A stretch of 64,000 nt of DNA from Halorussus marinus (GCF_004765795.1 NZ_SBIV01000009.1:62001-126000), one strand, 5' to 3'; counted from the first letter of the stretch, positions 10,699 to 20,331 are shown. Program-made: numbers and translations. Notes: generated by a model from the sequence alone, not told the origin.

Positions 10699-12318
10699 CT
10701 ACTCATCCTCGTCGCGATCCCGGAGTTCGTACTTCTGGACTTTCCCGGTCGTGGTCCGCGGGAGTTCCTCGACGAACTCGACCTCGCGGGGGTGTTTGTA
10801 CTCCGCGAGGTTGTCGAGGCAGTACTGCTTGAGTTCGTCGGGAGTCACGTCGACGTCGGGCACCGGCACACCGTCAGACTCACCGTCCGACGAGCCCCCA
10901 CTCGCGGTGCTCGCGGGGACGACGAACGCCTTCACGGTCTCGCCCCGCCGCTCGTCCGGAATCCCGACGACCGCGGCGTCGGCGACCGCCTCGTGTTCGA
11001 ACAGGAGCTCTTCGACCTCGCGGGGGTAGACGTTGTAGCCGGCGGTGTTGATCATGTGTTTCTTCCGGTCGACGACGTAGAAGAAGCCGTCCTCGTCCCA
11101 GTAGCCGATGTCGCCGGTGTGGAACCACCGCTTGCCGTCGGCGTCGGTGAACGCCTCCGCGTTGGCCTCCGGGAGGTCGTAGTAACCTTTCATCACGTTC
11201 GGTCCGGCGACGACCAACTCTCCGGTGATCTCGTCGAGATCGGTCTCCTCCTCGTCGACCGGGCCCGCCTCGACCGGCGGACGCTCCTCGAAGCTCCCGT
11301 CGACGATCCTCGCGTCGACGCCGTCCAGCGACTTGCCGATACTGCCGACCCGGCGTCCGGCCTCGGGGCTGTTGAAGTGGGTCACGGGACTGGTCTCGGT
11401 CAGGCCGTACCCCTCGTAGATCTTCACGTCGTAGAGCTCCTCGAACCGCCGGAGGACTTCGATCGGGATTCCCGAGCCACCGACGCCCGCGAGCCGGAGC
11501 GACGAGAGGTCGAACTCCGCGGCGTTGGGCTGATTTATCACGTCGTTGTACATCGCGGGGACGCCGTGCATCAGCGTGAGTCGTTCGTCCTCGACGAGCG
11601 AGAGCGCCTGCTGGGCGTCCCACTCGGGGAGCGGGTAGTAGGCGCCGCCGTTGAACAGGGTCGCGTTCATCACCACCGTCATCCCGTAGATGTGAAACAG
11701 CGGGAGCACGCCCAGTTGCTTGTCGTCGGTCCGGATGCCGTCGGGGACCAGATCGGCCGCGGTCTGGGCGTTCGACGCGAGATTTCGGTGGGTGAGCTGG
11801 ACGCCCTTCGGTCGACCGGTCGTCCCGCTGGTGTAGGGCTGGACCGCCAGGTCCTCGTCGTCGCGCTCGACCGCCTCGAGTTCGTCGTCGGCGAGAAACG
11901 CCTCGAAGTCGGTGCCCGAATCGACCGCCTCGCCCACGGTGACGACGTGTTCGACCGCCGTGTCGGCCCGGACCTCCTCGACGAACGGGACGAGGTCCGA
12001 GAGGGTCACGACCGTCCGCGCCTCGCTGTCCTCGAGCAGGTGGCTGATCTCCCGTGACTTGTACTGGGGGTTCATCGGGACCACGACGCCGCCCGCCCGG
12101 AGCGTCCCGTGGAACGCGGTCACGAACTGCGGGAGGTTCGGGAGATAGATCCCCACCCGGTCGCCCTCGCCGACCCCGCGGTCGTCCAGCGCGGCGGCGA
12201 ACTGTCCAGTTCGCGACCAGAAGTCCTCGTAGGTCGTCTCCCGGCCCTGATACGAGAGCGCGACTTCGTCGGGGTGTTCCTCCGCGACCGATCGTACGTG
12301 CGTGGCAATATCTGCCAT
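10699..12318 (-). CDS. Acyl-CoA synthetase (long-chain fatty acid-CoA ligase family)
   Basis: YTSGTTGRPKG, YGLTETSP, WFHTGDIG and LPRTTTGK motifs; apparent 17-aa insertion near the C-terminus. Confidence 0.93.
   Translation of the reverse strand: MADIATHVRSVAEEHPDEVALSYQGRETTYEDFWSRTGQFAAALDDRGVGEGDRVGIYLPNLPQFVTAFHGTLRAGGVVVPMNPQYKSREISHLLEDSEARTVVTLSDLVPFVEEVRADTAVEHVVTVGEAVDSGTDFEAFLADDELEAVERDDEDLAVQPYTSGTTGRPKGVQLTHRNLASNAQTAADLVPDGIRTDDKQLGVLPLFHIYGMTVVMNATLFNGGAYYPLPEWDAQQALSLVEDERLTLMHGVPAMYNDVINQPNAAEFDLSSLRLAGVGGSGIPIEVLRRFEELYDVKIYEGYGLTETSPVTHFNSPEAGRRVGSIGKSLDGVDARIVDGSFEERPPVEAGPVDEEETDLDEITGELVVAGPNVMKGYYDLPEANAEAFTDADGKRWFHTGDIGYWDEDGFFYVVDRKKHMINTAGYNVYPREVEELLFEHEAVADAAVVGIPDERRGETVKAFVVPASTASGGSSDGESDGVPVPDVDVTPDELKQYCLDNLAEYKHPREVEFVEELPRTTTGKVQKYELRDRDEDE
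10864..10914 (-). repeat. 51-bp in-frame double-hairpin element in the acyl-CoA synthetase
   Basis: CCCCGCGAGCACCGCGAGTGGGGG plus CTCGTCGGAC-GGTGA-GTCTGACGGT, flanked by a duplicated VP dipeptide. Confidence 0.55.
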
Positions 12319-12598
12319 ATAGGGTACGTATCGGAGGTCACCCTCTAAAGCGTTGCCCCGACCCGAACCGATATTGGACCTAATCGGCCTATTCGCTAAC
12401 GATCGTAGCCGTTAGCAGTTTGATCCTTACGATGGAACTCCGGGCTCGGGCGCCGGGCGTCGCCGTGGCCGTCCGAGTTCGGTCGACTGGGCCAGAGCGC
12501 AGATCGAATCCGACTCGACGTGTCATACATCATCGACGAACGTCTATCGTAACTGATAGTGACGTTGTTAAGCGTGCCAGATGTTATCACTGGTGGCT

Positions 12599-13660
12599 AT
12601 GGCGGGGGACGGGATACAACGACGACACTTCTTGCACGGGGCGGCAACTGCCGGCGTCATCGGACTGACCAGTACGACGACCGGTGCTCAAGAGACCACG
12701 ACGGACGGCGACGGCGGCGACGGCCAACAGTTGTCGCTCCGGGTCGGGACGTCGGCGGGCGGCACTCGCGACGTCGGACTCGCGGTCGAACGCGCGGTCA
12801 GCCAGCACAGCGACGCGCTCGACTACTCGACGATCGAGAGTCCGGGCTACATCGGGACCATCTTCCGGATGGCCCAGGGGCAGTTCAACGCCGGCATCAC
12901 GGACAACAACTCGCTGACGAAGGCGATGGACGACCGCGGGCGGTTCTCCGAACAGTCGGTCGATCAGGTGCCCTACTACGGATTCTACGCGTTCCCGTAC
13001 AGCATCTACGTCGTCGCGCGCGACGGCACCGACATCGAGACGTTCGACGATCTGGCGGGCGCGAACGTCTACCCGGCCGAACCGGGCTACTCGACCCGGG
13101 CGACCACCCTCGACGTGTGGTCCCAGGAGCCGACCGCCGACGTGTTCGAGCAGATGAACCTCCAGAACATGGGCGTCGACTCCGCGCCGGGCGCGATGGA
13201 AGAAGGCCGGATCGACGCCGCCATCGCGTACGGCACGCCGGGAGTCAGATACACCGGCTGGGTCCGGGAGTTCGCCTCCCGGGTCGACGTCCACTACGTC
13301 GAGCCGACCGACGCGCTCATCGAGTCCGCCGAGTCCTACGACGGAGCGGGGACCAGCCGGACGGCCTACGACGACTGGAGCATGGATCAGGACATCGGCA
13401 CCGACGAGGTGTTCACCTGGGACCTCCAGGTCAACTACACGTTCAACCCGGCCGCGAGCGAGGACGCGGTCTACGAACTGTGTCGGGTCGTCGACGAGCA
13501 CAACGAGACGGTCAACGAGGCCGAAGAGCAGTTCAACGACTTCGAGTCGGTGAGCGAGATGCACGCCTCGGCGATCGAGCGGCTCCCGGTCCACCCCGGC
13601 GCCGCTCAGTACTACAAGGACAACGACGCCTGGAACGACGACCTCCAGGTCGGCGAGTAA
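12599..13660 (+). CDS. TAXI family TRAP transporter solute-binding protein (Tat-exported)
   Basis: RRHFL twin-arginine signal; IETFDDLAG, GRIDA and PVHPGAAQYY motifs. Confidence 0.88.
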   Translation: MAGDGIQRRHFLHGAATAGVIGLTSTTTGAQETTTDGDGGDGQQLSLRVGTSAGGTRDVGLAVERAVSQHSDALDYSTIESPGYIGTIFRMAQGQFNAGITDNNSLTKAMDDRGRFSEQSVDQVPYYGFYAFPYSIYVVARDGTDIETFDDLAGANVYPAEPGYSTRATTLDVWSQEPTADVFEQMNLQNMGVDSAPGAMEEGRIDAAIAYGTPGVRYTGWVREFASRVDVHYVEPTDALIESAESYDGAGTSRTAYDDWSMDQDIGTDEVFTWDLQVNYTFNPAASEDAVYELCRVVDEHNETVNEAEEQFNDFESVSEMHASAIERLPVHPGAAQYYKDNDAWNDDLQVGE

Positions 13661-13717
13661 ACCACGGCGGCGCGACGAGAGCCCCTCTCCGGAGGGGCGA
13701 ACCTGTTCACAGACACT

Positions 13718-15709
13718 ATGAGTTCAGAGACAGACCGAGCCACCCTAACGACCAGATTCCTCGGGGGCCTCGACGTGACGGTCACGATCGCCGCGGTCGT
13801 GTTCTGGGCGATCGTCCTCAACTGGTCGTACAACCAGCAGATGTCGAACGTCAAGTACGCCGTCATCTTCGTCGGCGGAATCATGACGGTGTACGCCATC
13901 GACCAGAGCCGGCAGGCGCTCGAGGAGGGCGACTGGGTCGACACCGCGGTGCTGTTGCCGACCTCGATCGTCCTCATCACGGCGTCGGTGTACTTCGCGT
14001 CGAACTTTCAGGACGTCTATCTCCTCCGGCAGGGGTACGCGCTCGACCACGAGTACATGCTCGCGCGGCTCATCATCCTCTCGTTGCTGTATCTCACCTG
14101 GCGGGAGTTCGGAAACCTCTTTCTCGGGCTGGTCGCGGGGGTGATGCTCTACGGGGTCTACGGCAACTACGTGCCGGGCGTGCTCGGTCACGCCGGCATG
14201 AGCGAGCTGACGCTTCTGCAGGCGACCGTCACCGATCTCTACGGCTTTTACGGGAGTCTGACCCAGCTCACCGCCTCGTGGATCGCCCCGTTCTTGCTGT
14301 ACGCCGGCCTGCTGTTCGCGTACGGCGCGTTCGACCTCATCCTCCGGGTCGCCATCGTGGCGGCCCGCCACATCAAGTCCGGGGTGGCCCAGACCGCGGT
14401 GCTGGCGTCGGCGGTCATCGGCTCGATCAACGGCTCGTACACCGCCAACGCCGCGATGACCGGTTCGTTCACCATCCCGACGATGCAAGACAGCGGGATG
14501 GCGGGCCACCGCGCGGCCGCCATCGAGTCGGTCGCCTCGACGTCCGGGCAGGTCCTCCCGCCGGTCATGGGCGCCTCCGCGTTCGTGATGGCGTCGTATC
14601 TGGGCGTCCCGTACATCGACATCGTGGTCGCGGGGCTGATCCCGGCGGCGATCCTGGTCGCCTGCATCGCGGTCGCGGTCCACTACGTCGCGATCAGCGA
14701 CGCGAGCAGTCAGGACATGGAGTTCTCCGAGTTCTTCGACGACGAGCTCTCCTCGAAGCAGAAGCTCTTCGAGGGGGTCCGGTTCGGCGTCCCGTTTTTC
14801 GTCCTGATCTACCTGCTCGGGGTCGCGCAGTTCACCGTGATGACCGCCGCGCTGTACACGATCGTCGCGATGGTGCTTACCGGCGTCCTGATGCCGACGG
14901 TCCAGCGCGCCGTCGACGGCTCCGAGGTTTCGCCTGTCGGGGAGCTCCTCACGCAGGTTCGAAACACCGTCGGCGGGTTCCGACGGGGCGCGATCATCCT
15001 CGCGCCGATCGCGATCATTCTGGTCGTCATCAGCGGCGTGGTCAACATCTTCGGGACGACCGGCGTCCCCGCGAAGATCGCGCTGCTTTTGATCAACCTC
15101 TCGGGCGGGGTGTTGTTGTTCGCGGTGTTGCTCGCGATGGCGGTCTCGATCCTGATGGGCGTCGGGATGCCCACCGTCGCCGCCTACGTCATCGTCGCCA
15201 TCCTGATCGCGCCCACGCTCATCGCCGACTTCGGGATCACCGAGATCTCGGCCCACTACACCGTGTTCTACGCCGCGATCCTCGCGGGGATCACCCCACC
15301 GGTCGCGACCGCGGCGGTGGTCGCGGCCGGCATCGCGGGCGCGAACTTCTGGCGGACCTGCGGGGTCGCGATCAAGATCGCCGCGCCGCTTTTCGTCCTC
15401 CCGGTCGCGTTCGTCTACAACCCCGAGCTCGTCTCGCTGTCGGTCGGCCTCGACAACGCGGTGGTCGGGTCGATGGTGCTGGTCGGCGGCCTGTCGCTGA
15501 TCTACGGGCTGAACTACCCCTTCGAGATGCGGCCCGGCCGGCGGATCGGTCTTCGGGCCGGACTGACCGGGCTCGGGCTGTTCGTGATGGTCTATCCCGG
15601 CCGACTGTTCAAGCTGGCGGGTATCGCGGTGTTCGTCGCGGTGTTCGTCGCCGAGAAGGTCGTGACGAGGGGGCTCCAGTTGCCCTTCCTCAAGGGGGTG
15701 GGTCAATGA
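13718..15709 (+). CDS. TRAP transporter fused 4TM/12TM permease
   Basis: GSINGS, AAIESVASTSGQVLPPVMGASAF, GVGMPT and ITPPVA motifs. Confidence 0.92.
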   Translation: MSSETDRATLTTRFLGGLDVTVTIAAVVFWAIVLNWSYNQQMSNVKYAVIFVGGIMTVYAIDQSRQALEEGDWVDTAVLLPTSIVLITASVYFASNFQDVYLLRQGYALDHEYMLARLIILSLLYLTWREFGNLFLGLVAGVMLYGVYGNYVPGVLGHAGMSELTLLQATVTDLYGFYGSLTQLTASWIAPFLLYAGLLFAYGAFDLILRVAIVAARHIKSGVAQTAVLASAVIGSINGSYTANAAMTGSFTIPTMQDSGMAGHRAAAIESVASTSGQVLPPVMGASAFVMASYLGVPYIDIVVAGLIPAAILVACIAVAVHYVAISDASSQDMEFSEFFDDELSSKQKLFEGVRFGVPFFVLIYLLGVAQFTVMTAALYTIVAMVLTGVLMPTVQRAVDGSEVSPVGELLTQVRNTVGGFRRGAIILAPIAIILVVISGVVNIFGTTGVPAKIALLLINLSGGVLLFAVLLAMAVSILMGVGMPTVAAYVIVAILIAPTLIADFGITEISAHYTVFYAAILAGITPPVATAAVVAAGIAGANFWRTCGVAIKIAAPLFVLPVAFVYNPELVSLSVGLDNAVVGSMVLVGGLSLIYGLNYPFEMRPGRRIGLRAGLTGLGLFVMVYPGRLFKLAGIAVFVAVFVAEKVVTRGLQLPFLKGVGQ

Positions 15710-15933
15710 GTACCTCCCAGGATGATCCCGAAGAGCAGGTCGACACCGAGGACGTCGGCGGACTGGGCGAGGTGCTGCCCGACCAGTTGGACCCGGTGTG
15801 GGGCCGGGTCGAGTCGTTCCAGGCGTTCCGGCGACGCCACGGGGACACCTACACCAAGGCGATGGAGGCGATCCTCGGGGCGGCGCTCGCCGCGGGCTAC
15901 CTCTACTGGCTGTTCCTCTACCTCACGGGGTGA
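15706..15933 (+). CDS. Small acidic single-TM protein co-transcribed with the TRAP permease
   Basis: ATGA overlap; MSTSQDDPEEQ... with a C-terminal hydrophobic helix. Confidence 0.65.
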   Translation: MSTSQDDPEEQVDTEDVGGLGEVLPDQLDPVWGRVESFQAFRRRHGDTYTKAMEAILGAALAAGYLYWLFLYLTG

Positions 15934-15992
15934 GATCGGGCGGGCGAGCCCCGAGCGCGGTCCGACTGGGCGTCGCGCCGCCGTCCGATTCG

Positions 15993-17471
15993 CTACTCGT
16001 GCCACTCCGCGGCCCGCGCCACGTCGTGGGGGATGTGGCCGTCCTGTTCCCGGACGTCGTCGAGGTATGCCCGGAGTTCGGGCGCGAACGACGGGTGAGC
16101 ACACTCCTCGACGATCAATTCGGCGCGCTCGACCGGCGCGAGCCCCCGCACGTCGGCGACGCCCTGTTCGGTCACGAACACGTCGATGTCGTGTTCGGTG
16201 TGGTCGACGTGGAACGCCATCGGGACCACCCGAGAGATCTCTCCGCCCTTCAGCGTCGAGGGGAGCGCACAGACCGACACCAGCGCGTTCCGGTTGTAGT
16301 CGGCCGACCCGCCGATCCCGTTTATCATCCGGGTCCCGCGGGCGTGGGTCGAGTTGACGTTGCCGTAGATGTCGATTTCGACGGCGCTGTTGACGCCGAC
16401 GACTCCGAACCGGTCGATGAGCCCCGGGTGGTTCGAGACGTCGGCCGGTCGGAGGACGACGTCCTCGGCGTAGCGCTCGACGTCGTCGAACAGCCGACGC
16501 TGGCCCTCGTCGGTGAGCGCCAGCGAGGTCGCGCTCGCGGACGCCAGCCGGCCCGCATCGAGCATGTCGAACAGTCCGTCCTGGACGACCTCGCCGAAGT
16601 ACACCACGTCCCGGTCACCGAAGTCCAGTTCCTTCAGCTCGCCCATCAGCGCGTTGCCGAGCGAGCCGACGCCGAACTGGAGGTGGACCGCGTCGTCGAA
16701 CGCGGCCGAGCGCGCCAGCTCGTCGGCGAGAAACGCCCCGAGATTGGCCGCGACCGCCAGATCGTCGTCGGTCGGGTCCCGGAAAGTGTAGGTGTCGTCG
16801 GCGCGGTCGGTCTCGACGACCCCGACCAGCGTCTCCGGCTCGAACTCGACGAACGGGTCGCCGATCCGGCCGCCGGGATCGGCCAGCGGGATCGGCTCGC
16901 GGTCGGGCGGCGCCCCCGGCCGATAGACGTCGTGGAGCGCCTGTAGTTCGAGGGGCTGGGCGCGGTTGAGTTCGATCACCAGCCGATCGGCCGCCTCGAC
17001 GAACGCCGGCACCTGCCCGAGCGACGTCGAGGGAACGAACCACCCCTCGCCGACCGCGATCGCCTCCACGACCGCGACGTCGGGGTCGACCAGCCCGCCG
17101 TACTGGACCTCGTCGCCGATCGCAGAGGCGTTCCGGTCGCCGAACGCGATCTCGCGGGCGTTGGTCTTCGCGCGGGCGACCGACGACGACTGGTAGGAGA
17201 ACCGCCGGTCGACGGCCCCCGACTCGACGAGGTCGACGTCGATCTCCGCGCCGACGTTCCCGCTACTCACGAGCGTCAGCGACAGATCGCGGTCCGATTC
17301 CGCGAGCGCGAGCGGTATCAGCTTGGGGTAGCCGACGCTCCCGAAGCCGCCGGTGAGCACCGTCGCGTCGGCGTCGATCCCGGCGGCCGCGGTCTCGGCG
17401 TCGAGCCTCGTCGGATCGCCGTAGAGGCGTCGGTCGACGGTACCCGGCTCGGGTCGCGTATTGTGCGTCAT
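15993..17471 (-). CDS. Acetyl-CoA hydrolase / CoA-transferase family protein
   Basis: GYPK, LQFGVG, EVVQD, EIDIYGNVNS, NGIGGSADY and FVTEQGVADVRG motifs. Confidence 0.92.
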   Translation of the reverse strand: MTHNTRPEPGTVDRRLYGDPTRLDAETAAAGIDADATVLTGGFGSVGYPKLIPLALAESDRDLSLTLVSSGNVGAEIDVDLVESGAVDRRFSYQSSSVARAKTNAREIAFGDRNASAIGDEVQYGGLVDPDVAVVEAIAVGEGWFVPSTSLGQVPAFVEAADRLVIELNRAQPLELQALHDVYRPGAPPDREPIPLADPGGRIGDPFVEFEPETLVGVVETDRADDTYTFRDPTDDDLAVAANLGAFLADELARSAAFDDAVHLQFGVGSLGNALMGELKELDFGDRDVVYFGEVVQDGLFDMLDAGRLASASATSLALTDEGQRRLFDDVERYAEDVVLRPADVSNHPGLIDRFGVVGVNSAVEIDIYGNVNSTHARGTRMINGIGGSADYNRNALVSVCALPSTLKGGEISRVVPMAFHVDHTEHDIDVFVTEQGVADVRGLAPVERAELIVEECAHPSFAPELRAYLDDVREQDGHIPHDVARAAEWHE

Positions 17472-17581
17472 GTGTGGACACGCCCCTAAACGGTCGGCGG
17501 TGGGTTGGAACTTCCGATACCGACGAGCTCACCGTTACGACTCGTCAAAAGGTATTTTCCTCCGAGTTCCCGAGAGACAGT

Positions 17582-18268
17582 ATGGTCCCGCTGGAGATGG
17601 GATGGCGCCACCTGTTGTTCGAGAACTGGCCGGTCGACCCCGACCTCGTCGACGCTCACCTCCCCGACGGGCTAACACCCGACGTCCACGACGGATCGGC
17701 GTGGCTCTCGGTGGTCCCGTTCACCAACGTCGCCGTTCGACCGAGCGGCGTCCCCGAGCGACTCGGAATCAGGCTCCCTGAGCTCAATCTCCGGACGTAC
17801 GTCACCCGCGACGGCGTTCCGAGCGTCTACTTCTACAGCCTCGACGCGCAGGGAGTCGTGAGCGTCCTCGGCGCCCGATTGTTCCAGCATCTGCCCTACT
17901 ACTACGCACGAATCTCGCTCGAGCGGGCCGACGGCCGGATCAGATTCAGTAGCCGGCGGCGCCATCCCGGCGCTCGTCCCGTCCACTACGAGGCGAGCTA
18001 CTGGCCGACCGGCGAGCCCTTCTCGGCGTCCGAAGACTCGTTGGCCGCGTTTCTCACCGAGCGCTATCGGTTCTACACGCAGGCCCCGGACGGGACGATC
18101 CGATACACCGACGTCGACCACGACCCGTGGACGCTCTATCCCGCGGCCGCCGACGTCGAGACGAACACGCTGTTTTCGGCCAACGGTTTCGGGACTCCTG
18201 ACGCCGACCCGGTGTGTTACTACAGCCCGGGCCTCGACGTGGTCGCCTCTCGAAGCGAGCGGGCGTAG
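17582..18268 (+). CDS. YqjF/DUF2071 family protein
   Basis: WRHLLFENWPV, AWLSVVPF, ELNLRTYV, FYSLDA and FLTERY motifs. Confidence 0.88.
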   Translation: MVPLEMGWRHLLFENWPVDPDLVDAHLPDGLTPDVHDGSAWLSVVPFTNVAVRPSGVPERLGIRLPELNLRTYVTRDGVPSVYFYSLDAQGVVSVLGARLFQHLPYYYARISLERADGRIRFSSRRRHPGARPVHYEASYWPTGEPFSASEDSLAAFLTERYRFYTQAPDGTIRYTDVDHDPWTLYPAAADVETNTLFSANGFGTPDADPVCYYSPGLDVVASRSERA

Positions 18269-18357
18269 CTCTCGGAGCGGTCGCCGACCGACGAGACGCA
18301 GGCCGCGTCGACGAGCGAACGCGGGATTTATGAGCGCACGGTCGGACGTTCGACCGA

Positions 18358-19629
18358 ATGGTGCCCGGCGTCGCCCGACTTCGAGCGATCGCTCCGCGGC
18401 CGGCACTGGTCGCCGTCGGCGTCGCGAACGCCGTCCCGATGGCCGGAATCGGCGTGCTCGGATGGGACGCGGCGGCGCTCGTTTTGCTCTACTGGCTCGA
18501 ACTCGGGATCATGTGTCTGTTCGCTGTCGTTCGAGCGATCTTCGCGGGGCGACCGTCGGAGTTCGACGGCGACCCGCTGATCGTCGGCGCGCTCGAACGC
18601 AGGCGGGCGTCGCTCTCGATTCCGGGGACCGGCCTCGGTGTTCAGCTCTCGACGCTCCCCGTCCTCGTCGCCGCGGTCCCGATGCTCGCGATGGTCTGGC
18701 TGTTCGCCGGGGCGGTGACGGTGGGCGTCCTCGGCGAGCCGCCGGATCCGGGGGCGCTGGAGACGGTGATTCTCGGCGCGTTGGGCATCCTCGTCGGCGA
18801 GGGCGCCCAGACGCTCCGGGAGTACTTCTACGGGGGCGAGTACCGCGAGCACAGCGCACAGACCGCGATTCAGGGCGTGTTCGTTCGCGGTGCCGCGATA
18901 GCTCTGGGCGGGCTGTTCACCGTTACGATGATCGGTCTCGCCAGCGACTCGGTCGCGACCGACGAACCGATCGCCGCGCTCGAACCCGGAGTCGTCGGCG
19001 CCCCGCTGTTGCTCGGACTCGTCGTCGTCAAGTTCGGCTTCGATCTGGCGGGGGTCTACCGCGATCGGCTGGTCGCGTTCGACGAGTCGACGAACGTGCT
19101 GTTCGGGTGGGCGTACGAGCCGCCGACGGACGAGCCGGTCGACGGGTCGCTGGCCTCGAACGCGTCCCGGATTCGGCCAGCGCTCTGGGGGCGACTGCTC
19201 GGCGGTCTCGCGCGCGTCCGGCGACGGCCCGGCGCGGCGCTCGTCGGCGTGCCGGTCCTCCTCGTCGCGCTCCTGTTCGCGACCGGACGGGCGTGGACGA
19301 TCGCGGGAGCGCTCGCTCTCGGTGCGGTTCTCGTCCCGGGAGCGCTCTTGCAGGCCGACTACTGGCTGCGGTATGGCGCCGTGGAGTACCGGACCGACGG
19401 CGACGCGGTCGTCGCGTCCGACCGGCTGTTCCGAACGACCCTCTGGCGGGTCGAGCCGTGGGACGAGACCGGACTCCGGATCGAGCGCGACTGGCTCGAC
19501 GAGCGACTCGGGACGCGGACGCTCGTCATCGAACTCGGGGACGACGAGGAACTGCGACTCGCCCGGCTCCCGGACGTCGCGCCGGTACTCGAAGCGTTCG
19601 ATCGACGCCCGGATCGACCGAAGGAGTGA
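18358..19629 (+). CDS. Membrane protein (DUF6498-like N-terminus, PH-like C-terminal domain)
   Basis: ANAVP..G...GWD...L..LYWLE motif with several TM helices; TTTATG about 28 nt upstream. Confidence 0.65.
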   Translation: MVPGVARLRAIAPRPALVAVGVANAVPMAGIGVLGWDAAALVLLYWLELGIMCLFAVVRAIFAGRPSEFDGDPLIVGALERRRASLSIPGTGLGVQLSTLPVLVAAVPMLAMVWLFAGAVTVGVLGEPPDPGALETVILGALGILVGEGAQTLREYFYGGEYREHSAQTAIQGVFVRGAAIALGGLFTVTMIGLASDSVATDEPIAALEPGVVGAPLLLGLVVVKFGFDLAGVYRDRLVAFDESTNVLFGWAYEPPTDEPVDGSLASNASRIRPALWGRLLGGLARVRRRPGAALVGVPVLLVALLFATGRAWTIAGALALGAVLVPGALLQADYWLRYGAVEYRTDGDAVVASDRLFRTTLWRVEPWDETGLRIERDWLDERLGTRTLVIELGDDEELRLARLPDVAPVLEAFDRRPDRPKE

Positions 19630-19906
19630 TCGCCCGCTCTCGACACCGGGCGATTCCGACCGACCAACCCCGTCACGGCTCCGTCCCCGACCGAACCTGC
19701 GTCTCGGGAGCCGTGGCGAGGGCTCGTCGGGAGCAAAATGTGCGCTCGGAGCACTACCGGGCGAAGGTCTGTTAGTAGGTTCGGCGGAGATAGAATCGAC
19801 AATCGTTCGGTCCGAAGGATCCGGAAGGTCGCCGATTCGCTGGCGGAACGGATGTGAGCGCGAGGCCGACGAGCGACTACGCGCCGAAGGCGCACTGGAG
19901 CGGAGA

Positions 19907-19958
19907 GATTTTGGTCGAGCTTTTGCAAGCGAGCGAAGCGAGCGCTACAAGAGGTCGG
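19907..19958. repeat. Haloarchaeal intergenic palindromic (REP/MITE-like) element
   Basis: TTTTGGTCGAGCTTTTGCAA-GCGAGC-GAA-GCGAGC-GCTACAAGAGGTCG: imperfect stem around a GCGAGCGAAGCGAGC core. Confidence 0.5.
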
Positions 19959-20235
19959 AATGTACGCCCGGAACACTAACCTCCAGCGTCATCCCTGGCG
20001 GCGCGCCGAGTCGGCTGGCAAACCCTCGTGCCGGGCGGGTGCTGTGCTGCACCGAGCGGCGGGCCGGCGGTGCCGACCCGCCCGTCGCGGCGTGACGTGT
20101 CGCGAATCGGGCCGGTGTGACCGGCCAGCAGGCGCCGTGAGGTGGCGCCGGCCCGTACTGTCGCGCACCCGGGTTCTCCGCGCTGTCATCGCTCCCGTGT
20201 GGGTTCGCTCGGGCGGGGACTTGAGGTACGCGCTC
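19958..20235 (-). ncRNA. Box H/ACA guide RNA with two K-turn hairpins, predicted to guide 23S rRNA pseudouridylation
   Basis: TTTAA box at 20260-20256. HP1 (20232-20159): CGCGUACC/GGUGCGCG stem, CGA...AUGA K-turn, ACA. HP2 (20037-19961): CGCCCGG/CCGGGCG stem, CCAGC/GCUGG, CGA...AUGA, ACA. Pockets are complementary to conserved 23S segments recalled from memory. Confidence 0.85.
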
Positions 20236-20331
20236 GGAGTTGGCGCCCGCCGCGGTTAAACGTTGCCCGACCCGACGCCTAACTGTTTAGGGTGCGTACT
20301 TTTTGACCCGGAATGAGAACGGTATTATTAC

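Noticed and set aside
12559..15705. 1124-aa ORF and the many other long Arg/Gly/Pro-rich ORFs in the track (e.g. 27148-29853, 35815-38781, 60611-63199)
   Set aside because: Shadow frames of high-GC genes with non-acidic composition. Only the last 75 codons of 12559-15933 look like a real gene.
19989..20189. 66-aa ORF MTARRTRV...
   Set aside because: Basic, non-halophilic composition, and it lies inside the H/ACA RNA (its ATG is the K-turn AUGA).
19740..20280. RNase P RNA or SRP RNA
   Set aside because: I found no GAGGAAAGUCC P4 motif or SRP helix-8 signature; the H/ACA architecture fits better.
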